A DNA stretch of 64,000 nt from Flavobacteriales bacterium (GCA_016705545.1 JADIYA010000006.1:198353-262352); one strand, 5' to 3'; shown: positions 1-12,317, counted from the stretch's first letter. Translations and numbers: made by a program. Notes: generated by a model from the letters alone, not told the origin.

Positions 1-1265
1 TGCATGCCCATGGCCACCAGCATGCGGCGCGCGCGCTCAACGCCGTGTTCTCTCAAGGCGCGCACTGCCGGCACGTTGAGCGAACGCGCCAGCGCGGCCG
101 ATGCGGGCACTGCCCCGGTGTACCGGCCATCGTAGTTGCGCGGTGCGAAGCCGTCGATGCTGGTGGGCAGGTCCGCAACGAGCTGGTCGGGCATGCGCTC
201 CCCGGTTTGCAGCATGGTGGCATACAGGAATGGCTTGAGCAGGCTGCCGGTGCTCCTTGGCGCCCGGATCAGATCAACCTCGCCGCCCTGCTCGGCATCG
301 GGCAGATTGCCGACGTAGGCCAATACTTCGCCGGAGGGCACATCGAGCACGAGTACCGCTGCATGATGAACTTCGTTGGCGCGCAAGACTGGGGCGTAGC
401 GCGAAGCGAGATCGGTGATGCGGGCTTGAAGTTGGCGATCGATCGTGCTCCTGATGCGCTTCCCTCTGTGGCCGTGCGCCTGAAGGGTGCCCAGGAGCTG
501 CGGCGCAGTTCGGGGCAGGGGCAATGGTGATTCCGGCAGAGGCTCTTGCTTGCTCAGGGACCATTCCATGCGGTCGATCGCGCTCACTTCCAGCAACCGG
601 TCCAGCAGGCGGTCGCGCTTCCTGCGCAGCGCATCACGATTGCGCCCCGGATGGATGCGCGACGGGGCGTTGGGCAGAACGGCAAGTGTGGCGCATTCGG
701 CCCAGCCCAACTCGTGCGGCGCTTTCCCGAACCAGCGCCACGACGCAGCCTCAAGGCCCACCACATTCCCGCCGAACGGTGCGTTGGCGGCATGCAGCCG
801 CAGGATCTCGTCTTTGGAAAGGCGGATCTCCAATCGAAGAGCAAGGCCCATCTCCAGCAGTTTATTCCAGAACGAGCGCTTCTTCCGCGCCAGCGCCATG
901 CGCGCCACCTGCATGGTGATGGTGCTGCCGCCGCTCACGGTCCGCCCTTCAGAGAGGTTCTGCTTTGCAGCGCGCAGTAATGAAGGAAGGCGGATGCCGA
1001 AGTGCTTCCGGAATCGCCGATCCTCGAATTCGGTGAGACACCTTTCGAACCGGCGTGGGATGCTGTCGGGCTCAGGCATGCGCCATTGCCCGTCGCTCGC
1101 CACGGTAGCGGCAAGCAGGGCGCCCTCGCGGTCAAGCAATAAGGTGCTGGTGGGGGCGTCGAAGAGCGGCTCCATGGGCCACCAACGCGCCCAAGCCAAC
1201 AGCAAGGCCAGAACGAATATTGGCCATCGAAGGCGCCTGGCCAACCGTTCAGCGCTCACCTTCAT
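1..1265 (-). CDS. pbpC: Penicillin-binding protein 1C (glycosyltransferase family 51 transglycosylase N-terminus). The 3' end is truncated by the window edge.
   Basis: Manual reverse-strand translation from the ATG at 1263-1265 gives MKVSAERLARRLRWPIFVLALLLAW...EDRRFRKHFGI...GGSTITMQVARM...SKDEILRLHAANAPFGGNVVGLEAAS, the hallmark GT51 motifs. The ORF has no stop inside the window, so it is missing from the ORF track. The plus-strand ORFs at 45-1300 lie in the wrong frame and are Arg/Ser-rich. Confidence 0.7.
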   Translation of the reverse strand, partial: MKVSAERLARRLRWPIFVLALLLAWARWWPMEPLFDAPTSTLLLDREGALLAATVASDGQWRMPEPDSIPRRFERCLTEFEDRRFRKHFGIRLPSLLRAAKQNLSEGRTVSGGSTITMQVARMALARKKRSFWNKLLEMGLALRLEIRLSKDEILRLHAANAPFGGNVVGLEAASWRWFGKAPHELGWAECATLAVLPNAPSRIHPGRNRDALRRKRDRLLDRLLEVSAIDRMEWSLSKQEPLPESPLPLPRTAPQLLGTLQAHGHRGKRIRSTIDRQLQARITDLASRYAPVLRANEVHHAAVLVLDVPSGEVLAYVGNLPDAEQGGEVDLIRAPRSTGSLLKPFLYATMLQTGERMPDQLVADLPTSIDGFAPRNYDGRYTGAVPASAALARSLNVPAVRALREHGVERARRMLVAMGM

Positions 1266-1356
1266 TCGATCAGTCGTTGACTTCCCCGGCAAGGTCGCAA
1301 GTTGGATCGCGCGCTTCAACCGTCCGCCTACATTCGCCCACTTCATCCCAGAACCC

Positions 1357-2982
1357 ATGCGCGCACCGCTGCTAATCAACGCTGTCCTCCTCGTATTCGT
1401 GCATACGGCCCAAGCTCAGGAAACCACCGGCGCGGTTCCGCTCAGCATGCGGTTGAGTCTCGCTCTTGAGAGCGTGCCGACTGTTTTCGCGGAACCGTTC
1501 GATCTGCCAGCTGCCATGGCTGCCGATGCGGTTCGGGAGGCCGAGAACAAGGTGCCGCTCTATGGCCGCTTCGTGGAATGCGCAGCGGCGTTGCATACGC
1601 ATGGCACGTGGACCGAATTGCCAGGCGGGGATCGGATCTGGCGCCTACGGGTGGAATCGCCAGGGGCTTTGGCTACTGAGCTCTTCTTGGAGAATGTGAA
1701 TCTGCCTGCAGGTTCGCAACTGCATGTGCTCGCAGCGGATGGCAGAACGTGGTTCGGGGGCTACACCTCGGCACATGTCCGCGATGGGCTGCTCAGCACT
1801 GACCGGATCATGGGCGCTGCGTGCGTGATTGAATACCAGGAGCCCGCATCCGTGAGAGGGGAAGGCACCTTCGACCTTCGCAGGATGGCCCACGCCTATC
1901 GCATGGAGGGCCTGCTATCTGGCGCCTGCCAGGTGGATGTGGCCTGCCCCGAGGGCAGCACATGGCAGGATCAAGTGCGGTCGGTGATGCGCATCCGGGT
2001 GGTGGATCCGGTAGGTGTGGGCTACTGCACCGGTGTGCTGATGAACAACAGCGCGCAGGATTGCAAGAACTACGTGCTCACGGCCAACCATTGCACCATG
2101 GACAGCAACACTGGCAATTTCTCCAGCTACCAGTTCCGTTGGAATTACCAGCAGCCCAGCTGCGATGGATCAGGCGTTGTTTCGGGCTTCAATGTGGTGG
2201 GCTGCACGCGCCGCGCGGACAGCAACGACAGCGGAGGTGACAACGGCTCCGATTTCACACTGGTGGAACTCAATGCGGCGATCCCCGCTTCCGTGAACCC
2301 GTACTACTCGGGCTGGGATGCCAATAACACCGCACCCGCAGGCGGGGTATGCATCCACCACCCCGATGGCGACTACAAGAAGATCAGCTCCTTCACCAGC
2401 ACGGCGGTGAGCACCACTTGGGGAGGTCCGAGCGGTACGCATTGGCGCGTGACTTGGGCGGCAACGGCGAGCGGTCACGGGGTCACTGAAGGCGGCTCAT
2501 CGGGCTCGCCCATCTTCAATTCAGCGAAGCGGGTGGTGGGCACGCTAACCGGCGGGTCCAGTTTCTGCGATACGCCAACTGCTCCCGATTTCTTCGGCAA
2601 GATGAGCTACCACTTCGGCACGGGCAATCCGAACCCTGCTGCGGAGGAGCTGAAGAACTGGCTCGCGCCAGAGTTCAACGTCACCACGCTCAATGGCAGC
2701 AATAACCCTTGCGCGACAATCGGTGTGGATGAGCGCTCCCTGCTTTCGCCCGAAGTTGCCCCCAATCCTTCGAGCGACCACTTCTCGGTAACCTTGCCTG
2801 AGGCCTTGAGTAGCGCCAATCTGTGGGAGGTACGCGATGTGACCGGAAGGCTCTTTGCCATTGGCCGTATTCAGGGCGAGCGATTCGTGATCGATGCCGC
2901 GGCATGGAGTGAGGGCGCCTACTTGCTCTCGGTGCTGAACGCTAGCCAAGTCTTGGGCGGCACGCGCATCGTGAAGCAATAG
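1357..2982 (+). CDS. Secreted trypsin-like (S1, lysyl-endopeptidase-like) serine protease with a T9SS C-terminal sorting domain
   Basis: An internal ATG at 1357 starts a signal peptide (MRAPLLINAVLLVFVHTAQA). Protease motifs: CTGVLMNN...YVLTANHC (His motif) and EGGSSGSPIF (catalytic Ser). The C-terminus (SDHFSVTLPE...GAYLLSVLN...GGTRIVKQ) matches the Por secretion tail pattern. Sequence upstream of 1357 in this frame is antisense to pbpC. Confidence 0.75.
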   Translation: MRAPLLINAVLLVFVHTAQAQETTGAVPLSMRLSLALESVPTVFAEPFDLPAAMAADAVREAENKVPLYGRFVECAAALHTHGTWTELPGGDRIWRLRVESPGALATELFLENVNLPAGSQLHVLAADGRTWFGGYTSAHVRDGLLSTDRIMGAACVIEYQEPASVRGEGTFDLRRMAHAYRMEGLLSGACQVDVACPEGSTWQDQVRSVMRIRVVDPVGVGYCTGVLMNNSAQDCKNYVLTANHCTMDSNTGNFSSYQFRWNYQQPSCDGSGVVSGFNVVGCTRRADSNDSGGDNGSDFTLVELNAAIPASVNPYYSGWDANNTAPAGGVCIHHPDGDYKKISSFTSTAVSTTWGGPSGTHWRVTWAATASGHGVTEGGSSGSPIFNSAKRVVGTLTGGSSFCDTPTAPDFFGKMSYHFGTGNPNPAAEELKNWLAPEFNVTTLNGSNNPCATIGVDERSLLSPEVAPNPSSDHFSVTLPEALSSANLWEVRDVTGRLFAIGRIQGERFVIDAAAWSEGAYLLSVLNASQVLGGTRIVKQ

Positions 2983-3022
2983 CGGGCCGTGCTTCGTTGC
3001 CGAGAGAATCGGTAACACGTCG

Positions 3023-3726
3023 ATGCGAGGTACTTTGTACCTCATGCGTGCATTCCTTACATGGCTGGTCATCCTCGGATTCTTCGTTCCAGCCTCCGGG
3101 CAGGATTCACCGGAGCAGCGCCTGCGCCTTCCCATCTGGACCTTTCATCAGAAGCACACCACGACGGTCGGTCTGAATATCGGACTGGGAACAGTTCGCG
3201 AGACCTCTCGTCATGTAAAGACCATCGGCGTTCATGCCGAAGCCATTGGTGTCGGCCTTTTCCTGCTCCTGGCCCCACGTGAAGCCACGGCTCGCGACTC
3301 GGTGGAGTGGGGGCAGCGGCTCGTTGATTCGCTGAGCGAGCGCATTTACGGCGTGAGTCTTTCACCGCTTGGCGCTGTTTGCGATTGCGCCGTGCATGGT
3401 CTGAGCCTGAATGGGGGCGGGGGCTATCAGCGACAGGTGAATGGACTATCAGCTGCATTTGCGATCAACCAAGTTGATCTGATGAGCGGTGTACAAGCTG
3501 CGTGTCATGTCAATATCGCCTTTCGTGCTTCAGGGCTGCAAGCCTCTATGATCCACAATCAGCGGTGGTGCTCCATGGTGTTCATGTGAGCGCTATGAAC
3601 AGAACCGCTCACGGATACGGGCTTCAGTTCGGCATTTACAACCAAGCAAAGCGCCTACGCGACGTACAGATCGGGATCTGGAACGTGAATCAGCGGCGCA
3701 AGTGGCCATTGATCAACTGGGCATGA
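3023..3726 (+). CDS. Repeat-containing putative surface protein (GLQxGxxN-type repeats, LA_2272-like) with an apparent frameshift near 3530-3590
   Basis: Two overlapping ORFs (3023-3589 and 3502-3726) carry the same repeat: GLNIGLG, GLSLNGGGG, GLQFGIYNQAKRLRDVQIGIWNVNQ...PLINWA. The N-terminus (MRAFLTWLVILGFFVPASG) looks like a signal peptide. The family assignment is from memory and is tentative. Confidence 0.35.
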
Positions 3727-3740
3727 GGGGAGAAAACAAC

Positions 3741-3764
3741 GAGCGGCCCTGACTTGGGCCGCTC
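3741..3764. terminator. Bidirectional stem-loop terminator between convergent genes
   Basis: GAGCGGCCC-tgactt-GGGCCGCTC forms a perfect 9-bp GC-rich stem. It sits between the plus-strand gene ending at 3726 and clpC ending at 3786. Confidence 0.5.
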
Positions 3765-3785
3765 GCAATAGAACTCTCGATTCGT

Positions 3786-6398
3786 TCACTCCGAGGGCGG
3801 CAATTCCTTGGTCTCATCGCCTTCGCCCTTGGCGATCTTCTTCTTGCCCTTGGTCACCTTGATGGCCACATCGGTCTTCTCCTTGTTCAGGCCGATGGAG
3901 ATCTTATCGCCTTCCTCCACGCCCTGGTTGATGATCTCCTCGGCCATGGGGTCCTCGATGAACTTCTGGATGGCGCGCTTAAGCGGCCGTGCCCCGAACT
4001 TCTCGTCGTAGCCCTTTTCGGCGAGGAAGTCCTTGGCCTCATCAGTCAGCTTGAGGTCGTAGCCCAGTTCGCTGATCCGCTTGTAGAGGTGGCCCAGTTC
4101 GATGTCGATGATCTTGTGGATGTCCTCGCGCTTGAGCGAGTTGAACATGATGATGTCGTCGATGCGGTTGAGGAACTCCGGAGCGAAGGCCTTGCGCAGT
4201 GCCTTCTCGATTATGCCGCGGTTGGCCTCGTCCTGCCCGGCGGTCTTGGCGCTGGTGCCGAAACCCACGCCCTTGCCGTAGTCGCTGAGATCGCGCGCCC
4301 CGATGTTCGAGGTCATGATGATGATGGCGTTCTTGAAATCGATGTGGCGCCCGAGGCTATCGGTCATCTTGCCATCGTCGAGGGCCTGCAAAAGCAGGTT
4401 GAACACGTCAGGGTGCGCCTTCTCGATCTCATCAAGCAGGATGATGGAGTAGGGGCGGCGACGAACCTTTTCGGTGAGCTGCCCGCCTTCCTCGTAGCCC
4501 ACATAGCCCGGAGGCGCACCGATTAGGCGGCTCACGGAGAACTTCTCCATGTATTCGCTCATATCGATGCGAATCATGGCATCATCGGTGTCGAAGAGGT
4601 AGCGGGCGAGCTCCTTGGCGAGCTGTGTCTTGCCCACGCCAGTGGGACCGAGGAAGATGAACGAGCCGATGGGTCGGTTGGGGTCCTTCAGGCCCGCACG
4701 ATTCCGCTGGATCGCCTTCACCACTTTGGCCACGGCCTCTTCCTGCCCGATCACCTTGCCCTGCATCTCCTCCTTCATCCGCTTGAGCTTGCCGCTCTCC
4801 TTCTCCGCGATGCGCGTCACAGGGATGCCGCTCATCATGGCCACCACTTCGGCCACGTTCTCTTCCGTCACAGTGGTGCGGTTGGTCTTGCTCTCTTCCT
4901 CCCAGGCTTTCTTGGCCTTCTCGAGCTCTTCGAGCAACTGGCGTTCGCGGTCGCGGAGCTTGGCGGCCTCTTCGTAACGCTGGCTGCGCACCACCTTGTT
5001 CTTCTCGTCCTTGATGTCCTCGATTTTCTGCTCCACATCGAGGATGCTCTTGGGCACCACGATGTTGCTGATGTGGACCCGGCTGCCGCTCTCATCCATG
5101 GCGTCGATGGCCTTGTCCGGCAAGTGGCGGTCGGTGATGTAGCGCGCGGTGAGCTTCACACAGGCTTGGATGGCTTCCGGGGTGAAGTTCACGTTGTGGT
5201 GATCCTCGTACTTCTCCTTGATGTTGTTCAGGATCTGGATGGTCTCGTCAACGCTCGTAGGCTCCACGAGCACCTTCTGGAAGCGGCGCTCGAGGGCACC
5301 GTCCTTCTCGATGTACTGCCGGTACTCATCCAAGGTGGTGGCCCCGATGCACTGGATCTCGCCGCGCGCAAGGGCGGGCTTGAACATGTTGCTGGCGTCC
5401 AAGCTGCCGCTGGCCCCGCCCGCGCCCACGATGGTGTGGATCTCATCGATGAAGAGGATCACGTCCGGGCTGTTCTCCAGTTCGTTCATCACCGCCTTCA
5501 TGCGCTCCTCGAACTGGCCGCGGTACTTGGTGCCGGCCACCAGGCTGGCGATATCGAGCGCCACGATGCGCTTGTTGAAGAGCACGCGGCTCACCTTGCG
5601 CTGGATGATGCGCAGGGCCAAGCCCTCAGCGATGGCGCTCTTGCCCACGCCGGGCTCGCCAATCAGCACGGGGTTGTTCTTCTTGCGCCGGGAAAGGATC
5701 TGGCTCACGCGCTCAATCTCCTTCTCTCGACCGACGATCGGGTCCAGCTTGCCATCCTCGGCCAGTTTGGTGAGATCCCGGCCGAAGTTGTCGAGCACAG
5801 GGGTCTTGCTCTTGCTGTCACCTTGCTTGCGCTGCCCGCCTCCGCCTTGGAAACTGCCGCTCTCCTCGTCATCATCGTCTGCGCTCTGTGGCCCTTGGGC
5901 GCGCGGCCCACTGGTGCGGGTAGGTTTATTGCCCTTCCCGGTGTAGGTACTGCCGCCATCGGCCAGGATCACGTCGAGCTCGTGCTTCACGGTCTCGTAA
6001 TCCACGCTGAACTTGCGCAAGGTGCGGGTGGCCAGGTTGTCCTCATCCTTCAGGATACTGAGCAACAGGTGCTCTGTGTCGATGCTCTGGCTCTTGAAGA
6101 GCTTGGCCTCGAGGTAGGTGATCTTCAGCATCTTCTCCACCTGCTTCAGCAGATTGATGCTCTCCTTGTCCTTGGGCCGGGTGGCGCTGGGCGGTTCCAT
6201 GCCCCGCTCAACCGCCTTGCGGAGCTCATCCACATCGACCTCCAGTCGCTGCAGGATGCGCAACGCATTGCCTTCGTTGTGCCGCAGCAAGCCGAGCAGC
6301 ACGTGCTCGATGCCGATGAAGTTGTGTCCGAGGCGAAGGGCCTCTTCGCGGCTGTAGCCGATGATGTCTCGGACTCGGGGGGTGAAGCGGGCGTCCAT
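3786..6398 (-). CDS. clpC: ATP-dependent Clp protease ATP-binding subunit ClpC (class I AAA+ chaperone)
   Basis: The 870-aa product has duplicated Clp_N repeats (ALRLGHNFIGIEHVLLGLL), two AAA+ modules (GEPGVGKSAIAEGLA and GPTGVGKTQLAKELA) and a UVR-like motif (YEEAAKLRDRERQL) in the middle region. Confidence 0.85.
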   Translation of the reverse strand: MDARFTPRVRDIIGYSREEALRLGHNFIGIEHVLLGLLRHNEGNALRILQRLEVDVDELRKAVERGMEPPSATRPKDKESINLLKQVEKMLKITYLEAKLFKSQSIDTEHLLLSILKDEDNLATRTLRKFSVDYETVKHELDVILADGGSTYTGKGNKPTRTSGPRAQGPQSADDDDEESGSFQGGGGQRKQGDSKSKTPVLDNFGRDLTKLAEDGKLDPIVGREKEIERVSQILSRRKKNNPVLIGEPGVGKSAIAEGLALRIIQRKVSRVLFNKRIVALDIASLVAGTKYRGQFEERMKAVMNELENSPDVILFIDEIHTIVGAGGASGSLDASNMFKPALARGEIQCIGATTLDEYRQYIEKDGALERRFQKVLVEPTSVDETIQILNNIKEKYEDHHNVNFTPEAIQACVKLTARYITDRHLPDKAIDAMDESGSRVHISNIVVPKSILDVEQKIEDIKDEKNKVVRSQRYEEAAKLRDRERQLLEELEKAKKAWEEESKTNRTTVTEENVAEVVAMMSGIPVTRIAEKESGKLKRMKEEMQGKVIGQEEAVAKVVKAIQRNRAGLKDPNRPIGSFIFLGPTGVGKTQLAKELARYLFDTDDAMIRIDMSEYMEKFSVSRLIGAPPGYVGYEEGGQLTEKVRRRPYSIILLDEIEKAHPDVFNLLLQALDDGKMTDSLGRHIDFKNAIIIMTSNIGARDLSDYGKGVGFGTSAKTAGQDEANRGIIEKALRKAFAPEFLNRIDDIIMFNSLKREDIHKIIDIELGHLYKRISELGYDLKLTDEAKDFLAEKGYDEKFGARPLKRAIQKFIEDPMAEEIINQGVEEGDKISIGLNKEKTDVAIKVTKGKKKIAKGEGDETKELPPSE

Positions 6399-6524
6399 GG
6401 GTTGAGGGCGCTAAGTTGAGTGGATCGGGGACTATAGCCGACGGCTTGAGCTAAGGTAACTACGCCTGCGGCGCGGGCAAGCTATCCCCACGGGCAACGG
6501 CGGTCCCGGATCGGGCAAATCCAA

Positions 6525-6556
6525 TTTTCCACATTGGCCTGTGGTGATGTGGAAAA
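6525..6556. promoter_or_regulatory. Perfect 10-bp inverted repeat in the clpC/gyrA divergent intergenic region
   Basis: TTTTCCACAT-N12-ATGTGGAAAA, located ~95 nt upstream of the gyrA start and ~130 nt upstream of the clpC start. It matches neither the CIRCE nor the CtsR consensus. Confidence 0.35.
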
Positions 6557-6652
6557 GTGGGGTCGGCTGGATCCTGTTGGCAGGGTACCTTCGGGCGCCC
6601 GAAAAAGAAGGGTCAAAACGGGTCGGCAACGGCCACTACGCAGCCATCCATC

Positions 6653-9252
<2,600 letters not shown>

Positions 9253-9268
9253 CCCACATACACGACCG

Positions 9269-10450
9269 ATGAAGAAGTACATCCTGACCACTGTGACCAT
9301 GGCTTTCGGCATGGTCGCGACCGCGCAGAACGCGAACGTGGTGAATGCATTCAATTACATGAAGGACGGCCAGTACGCCAAGGCCGTGGAATTCATTGAA
9401 CCCGCGACGCAGGACGCCAAGACCGGCCTTAGCGAGAAGACCTGGCGCTACCGTGGTGATATCTACCGCGCCATCGCCCTGGGCACGGACGAGGCCCTGA
9501 AAGGCCAATTCCCCGATGCCGTAGAGAAGGCAGCAGAGAGCTACATGAAGGCGAATGAGCTCGATGCCAAGGGCGCCTACAAGCGCGAGAACGCGCAGGC
9601 CCTCGCCGCGCTCCAAGGCGCTTCACTCAACGCGGGGAACGACGCATTCGGGAAGAAGGATTACCAAGGGGCGGTGGCGCGCTACCGGATGAGCGAGAAG
9701 ATCGCCAAGAGCTTCGGGCAAGTAGATACCAATGCCATCTTCAACCGTGCGCTGGCTTATGAGAGCGCGGGCGATGCCCCGAACGCCATCAGCAGCTACC
9801 GCGAAGCGATTGCTGCCGGCTACAGCAAGCCCGAGGTTTACCGGTACATCGCCAGTCTTCAGCGCAAGGGCGACGACCTCAACGGCGCCATCGCCACCTC
9901 CCGGGAGGGCCTCGCACGCTTCCCGGGCAACAAGGACCTGATGCTCGATGAGATGCAATTCCTTTTGGCCGCCGACCGCAGCGACGAGGCCGAAGCCAGC
10001 GTGAAGGCCGCGCTGGACAAGGATCCAAGCAACGCTGTGCTGTGGAGCGTGCTCGGCGGGCTATATGACAAGAAGGCTGGCATTGCAGCAGAGGCCAAGG
10101 ACCTGACTGCCGTTGACGAGTGGTACAAGAAGGCCGAAGGGGCCTACCTCAAGGCCATTGAGATCGACCCGAAGCTCTTCGACGCGTACTTCAACGTAGG
10201 CGTGGTGTACAATAACCGCGCAGCCTCGGAATACGAGAAGTGCAACTCCATCAAGGACGATGCGCAGTACATGAAGTGCAAGAAGGTGGCGGACGACATC
10301 TACTTGAAGGCCGTGCCCTTCTTCGAGAAGGCCCACGAATTGAACCCCACCGATATGCAGACCATCCAGCAGCTCATCAAGCTCTACGGCAAGACCAACG
10401 ATCAGGCGAAGTATGCCGCGATGAAAGAGAAGCTGGCGAAGCTGCAGTAA
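9269..10450 (+). CDS. Tetratricopeptide-repeat protein with signal peptide
   Basis: An internal ATG at 9269 gives MKKYILTTVTMAFGMVATAQ. The product has multiple TPR-like helical repeats rich in A, Y, K and E. Its position immediately downstream of gyrA is a common Bacteroidota arrangement. Confidence 0.65.
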   Translation: MKKYILTTVTMAFGMVATAQNANVVNAFNYMKDGQYAKAVEFIEPATQDAKTGLSEKTWRYRGDIYRAIALGTDEALKGQFPDAVEKAAESYMKANELDAKGAYKRENAQALAALQGASLNAGNDAFGKKDYQGAVARYRMSEKIAKSFGQVDTNAIFNRALAYESAGDAPNAISSYREAIAAGYSKPEVYRYIASLQRKGDDLNGAIATSREGLARFPGNKDLMLDEMQFLLAADRSDEAEASVKAALDKDPSNAVLWSVLGGLYDKKAGIAAEAKDLTAVDEWYKKAEGAYLKAIEIDPKLFDAYFNVGVVYNNRAASEYEKCNSIKDDAQYMKCKKVADDIYLKAVPFFEKAHELNPTDMQTIQQLIKLYGKTNDQAKYAAMKEKLAKLQ

Positions 10451-10470
10451 GTGAAACGCTCATTCCGTTC

Positions 10471-10494
10471 GAAGGCCGGGGATTCCCGGCCTTC
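10471..10494. terminator. Stem-loop terminator (bidirectional)
   Basis: GAAGGCCGGG-gatt-CCCGGCCTTC forms a perfect 10-bp stem. It lies between the TPR gene (ends 10450) and the last gene of the minus-strand SRPBCC operon (ends 10505). Confidence 0.6.
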
Positions 10495-10504
10495 GTCGTT
10501 CTCC

Positions 10505-11002
10505 TCAAATGAGAGCGCTTAGGCTATCCGCCAGCGCATCCATGCTATCGCACCAGCCGCCAATGTGACTATCGCGCGAGGCTGCGGTGGCCAAGCCCGT
10601 CTGGCGGAACTCGAGCCGAGTGCGTGGGCCTTCGTCATGCAGGTCAACGGTGACGAGCGTGCGGTGGCGCGCAGGGTTCACGTCCACAGGCGCTTTCTCC
10701 CATTGGTGCGTGAACGCCAGATGTGCGATGGGCCTTACCACCGTGTATGTGCCATAGCTAGGAATGTCCTCGCCATTGGGCGTGCGGAGCACCACGCGCC
10801 AGTTGCCGCCCTCGCGCAGGTCCGTTTCTGCGCTGATGGTGCTAAAGGCCGCACAGCCGAACCAGTGCACCAGCATGGCGGGCGTGACCCAAGCATCCCA
10901 AACCAAATGGCGCGGCGCATTGAACACACGGGTGATGAGGATCTCGTCCGGTGCGGGAGTGGAGACAGCATTGCGCGAACGCTGGGCGCTTGCTTGGTCC
11001 AT
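10505..11002 (-). CDS. SRPBCC (Aha1/AHSA1-like) domain protein
   Basis: Family signature ILITRVFNAPRHLVWDAWVTPAMLVHWFG...TYTVVRP, about 165 aa. Confidence 0.7.
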   Translation of the reverse strand: MDQASAQRSRNAVSTPAPDEILITRVFNAPRHLVWDAWVTPAMLVHWFGCAAFSTISAETDLREGGNWRVVLRTPNGEDIPSYGTYTVVRPIAHLAFTHQWEKAPVDVNPARHRTLVTVDLHDEGPRTRLEFRQTGLATAASRDSHIGGWCDSMDALADSLSALI

Positions 11003-11032
11003 GCCCGCAAATCTATCTGCTCGTGAAGAAGG

Positions 11033-11416
11033 TCAACCCTTGGTCATCGTCACAAGCCGCTTATGGTGCAATACGTACGACCACACCAGCACGCCGATGA
11101 AGAGGAACATCGGCGTCCATTGCGCCACAGGGTCGCCCACCGCAGCAAAAGAGACCATCGCAGCCACCAGATCGATGAGGAAACCGAAGTAGGCCCACTC
11201 TTTCACCCGAGCTGGCACCATGGGAAGCAGGATCACGACAGCGCCCAGCACCTTGGCATAGGAGATCAGCTTGATGAAGTAGAGCGGGTATCCCAGGTGG
11301 TCGTGCAGCATGGCCACGGATTGGGGCATTAGCGTAATTCCGCCGATGGAAGAGTAGATCATGAACGCGCTGAAGAGCGCGGTGACGATCCAGTAGGTGA
11401 GGTTGAGGCGTTTCAT
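11033..11416 (-). CDS. DoxX family membrane protein
   Basis: A 127-aa product with four predicted TM helices and a DoxX-like pattern (LISYAKVLGAVVILLP...FGFLIDLVAAMVSF). Its start overlaps the upstream gene by 4 nt. Confidence 0.6.
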   Translation of the reverse strand: MKRLNLTYWIVTALFSAFMIYSSIGGITLMPQSVAMLHDHLGYPLYFIKLISYAKVLGAVVILLPMVPARVKEWAYFGFLIDLVAAMVSFAAVGDPVAQWTPMFLFIGVLVWSYVLHHKRLVTMTKG

Positions 11417-11919
11417 GTGGCAGGTTGGGGGTTGTCTCGGGTCGAGCCCGGGATGACGACGGTTGAGCGTTGGGCCCTCAACAGCGCGTGAAGCCTATCA
11501 AGGTTCTCCTCGTTTGCGCGTTCGATGAAAACCCGGATCGGGGCTAGTTCCTCAGCCGTGTCGAAGCGCATGATCCAGTCGATGCGTGTGCCGCCGTCCA
11601 CCTCCGAGAAGGTCACCATCGCCTTGTAGAAATGCATCTCCTTCAGGTGGTCGAACTCCAGGTGGATGTGCGCCTCTATCCGTTTGAAGACGCACGTGTT
11701 GTTGAAGTCCATGCCATTCGGTCCATGCATGGTGAATTCCCACAGCCCCTCAGGCTTCAGCTCGAAGCGATGGAAGGTATTGGTGAAGCCATGCGGCCCC
11801 CACCAGATCACAAGCTGCCCGGGATCGGTCCATGCCGCGTATAACAGCTCGCGTGGTGCCGCGATCACGCGGCTAGTTCTCACTTCGCGAGCGGCCTCTT
11901 GATCCTCTGATCTTCTCAT
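11413..11919 (-). CDS. SRPBCC (Aha1-like) domain protein
   Basis: Internal start MRRSEDQEAAREVRTSRVIAAPRELLYAAWTDPGQLVIWWGPHGF. The longer ORF running to 12108 overlaps the upstream DUF1801 gene. Confidence 0.65.
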   Translation of the reverse strand: MRRSEDQEAAREVRTSRVIAAPRELLYAAWTDPGQLVIWWGPHGFTNTFHRFELKPEGLWEFTMHGPNGMDFNNTCVFKRIEAHIHLEFDHLKEMHFYKAMVTFSEVDGGTRIDWIMRFDTAEELAPIRVFIERANEENLDRLHALLRAQRSTVVIPGSTRDNPQPAT

Positions 11920-11936
11920 TTCCTGATTCTCTGATC

Positions 11937-12317
11937 CTACTTCACCGGCCAGCGAACTTCGATCTCCGCCACCTTCGATTTCACAATCGCCATCACCAGA
12001 GCTGCGGGCAACGGCTTGTCTGGCGTGAACTGAATGGCGCCTTTGCTGGTCTTGAATTCCTTGAGTTGTTCCTCGAAGCCGGTCGGCACCGATCCGTACA
12101 GCGCGCAATGGGCCTTGGCTGCTCCGATGTACAGCATGGGGTGCCCGTTGTACCTGAAGCCGGGCATTCCATAGCCGAAGTGTTCCTCGATGCCCGGCGC
12201 CGCAGCGAGGATCTGCTTGCGCAGCTTCATCAAGCCAGCGCGTTGGTCCTTCGGTAGTGCGGCCAGGTAGTCGCGCGCTGTTGGGTTCATCCCATAGGTG
12301 GGGTTGGGCGCGGTCAT
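11937..12317 (-). CDS. DUF1801 (YdhG-like) domain protein
   Basis: A 126-aa product with the pattern KLRKQILAAAPGIEEHFGYGMPGF...GAAKAHCALYG. Confidence 0.6.
   Translation of the reverse strand: MTAPNPTYGMNPTARDYLAALPKDQRAGLMKLRKQILAAAPGIEEHFGYGMPGFRYNGHPMLYIGAAKAHCALYGSVPTGFEEQLKEFKTSKGAIQFTPDKPLPAALVMAIVKSKVAEIEVRWPVK

Noticed and set aside
45-1300. Plus-strand ORFs 45-530, 136-318, 524-919, 546-980 and the N-terminal 290 codons of ORF 487-2982
   Set aside because: They are antisense to, or out of frame with, the pbpC gene on the minus strand. Their Arg/Ser/Ala-rich low-complexity translations are typical of spurious ORFs in GC-rich DNA.
3037-3054. Small hairpin GAGGTAC-ttt-GTACCTC at the start of the repeat-protein gene
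   Set aside because: It is only 7 bp, overlaps the start codon region and has no U-tract. Most likely incidental.
5073-6419. 448-aa plus-strand ORF inside clpC, and similar long antisense ORFs (6839-8191 inside gyrA, 14983-16215 across the SRPBCC genes, 54839-56716 inside nosZ, 8197-9141, 38282-39343)
   Set aside because: They are antisense to strongly conserved genes. Their compositions (runs of A/G/R/H/L/V) and lack of recognisable motifs indicate GC-driven open frames, not genes.
9269-10450. TPR protein downstream of gyrA as something unusual
   Set aside because: gyrA followed by a TPR-repeat protein is a common conserved arrangement in Bacteroidota. It is not novel.
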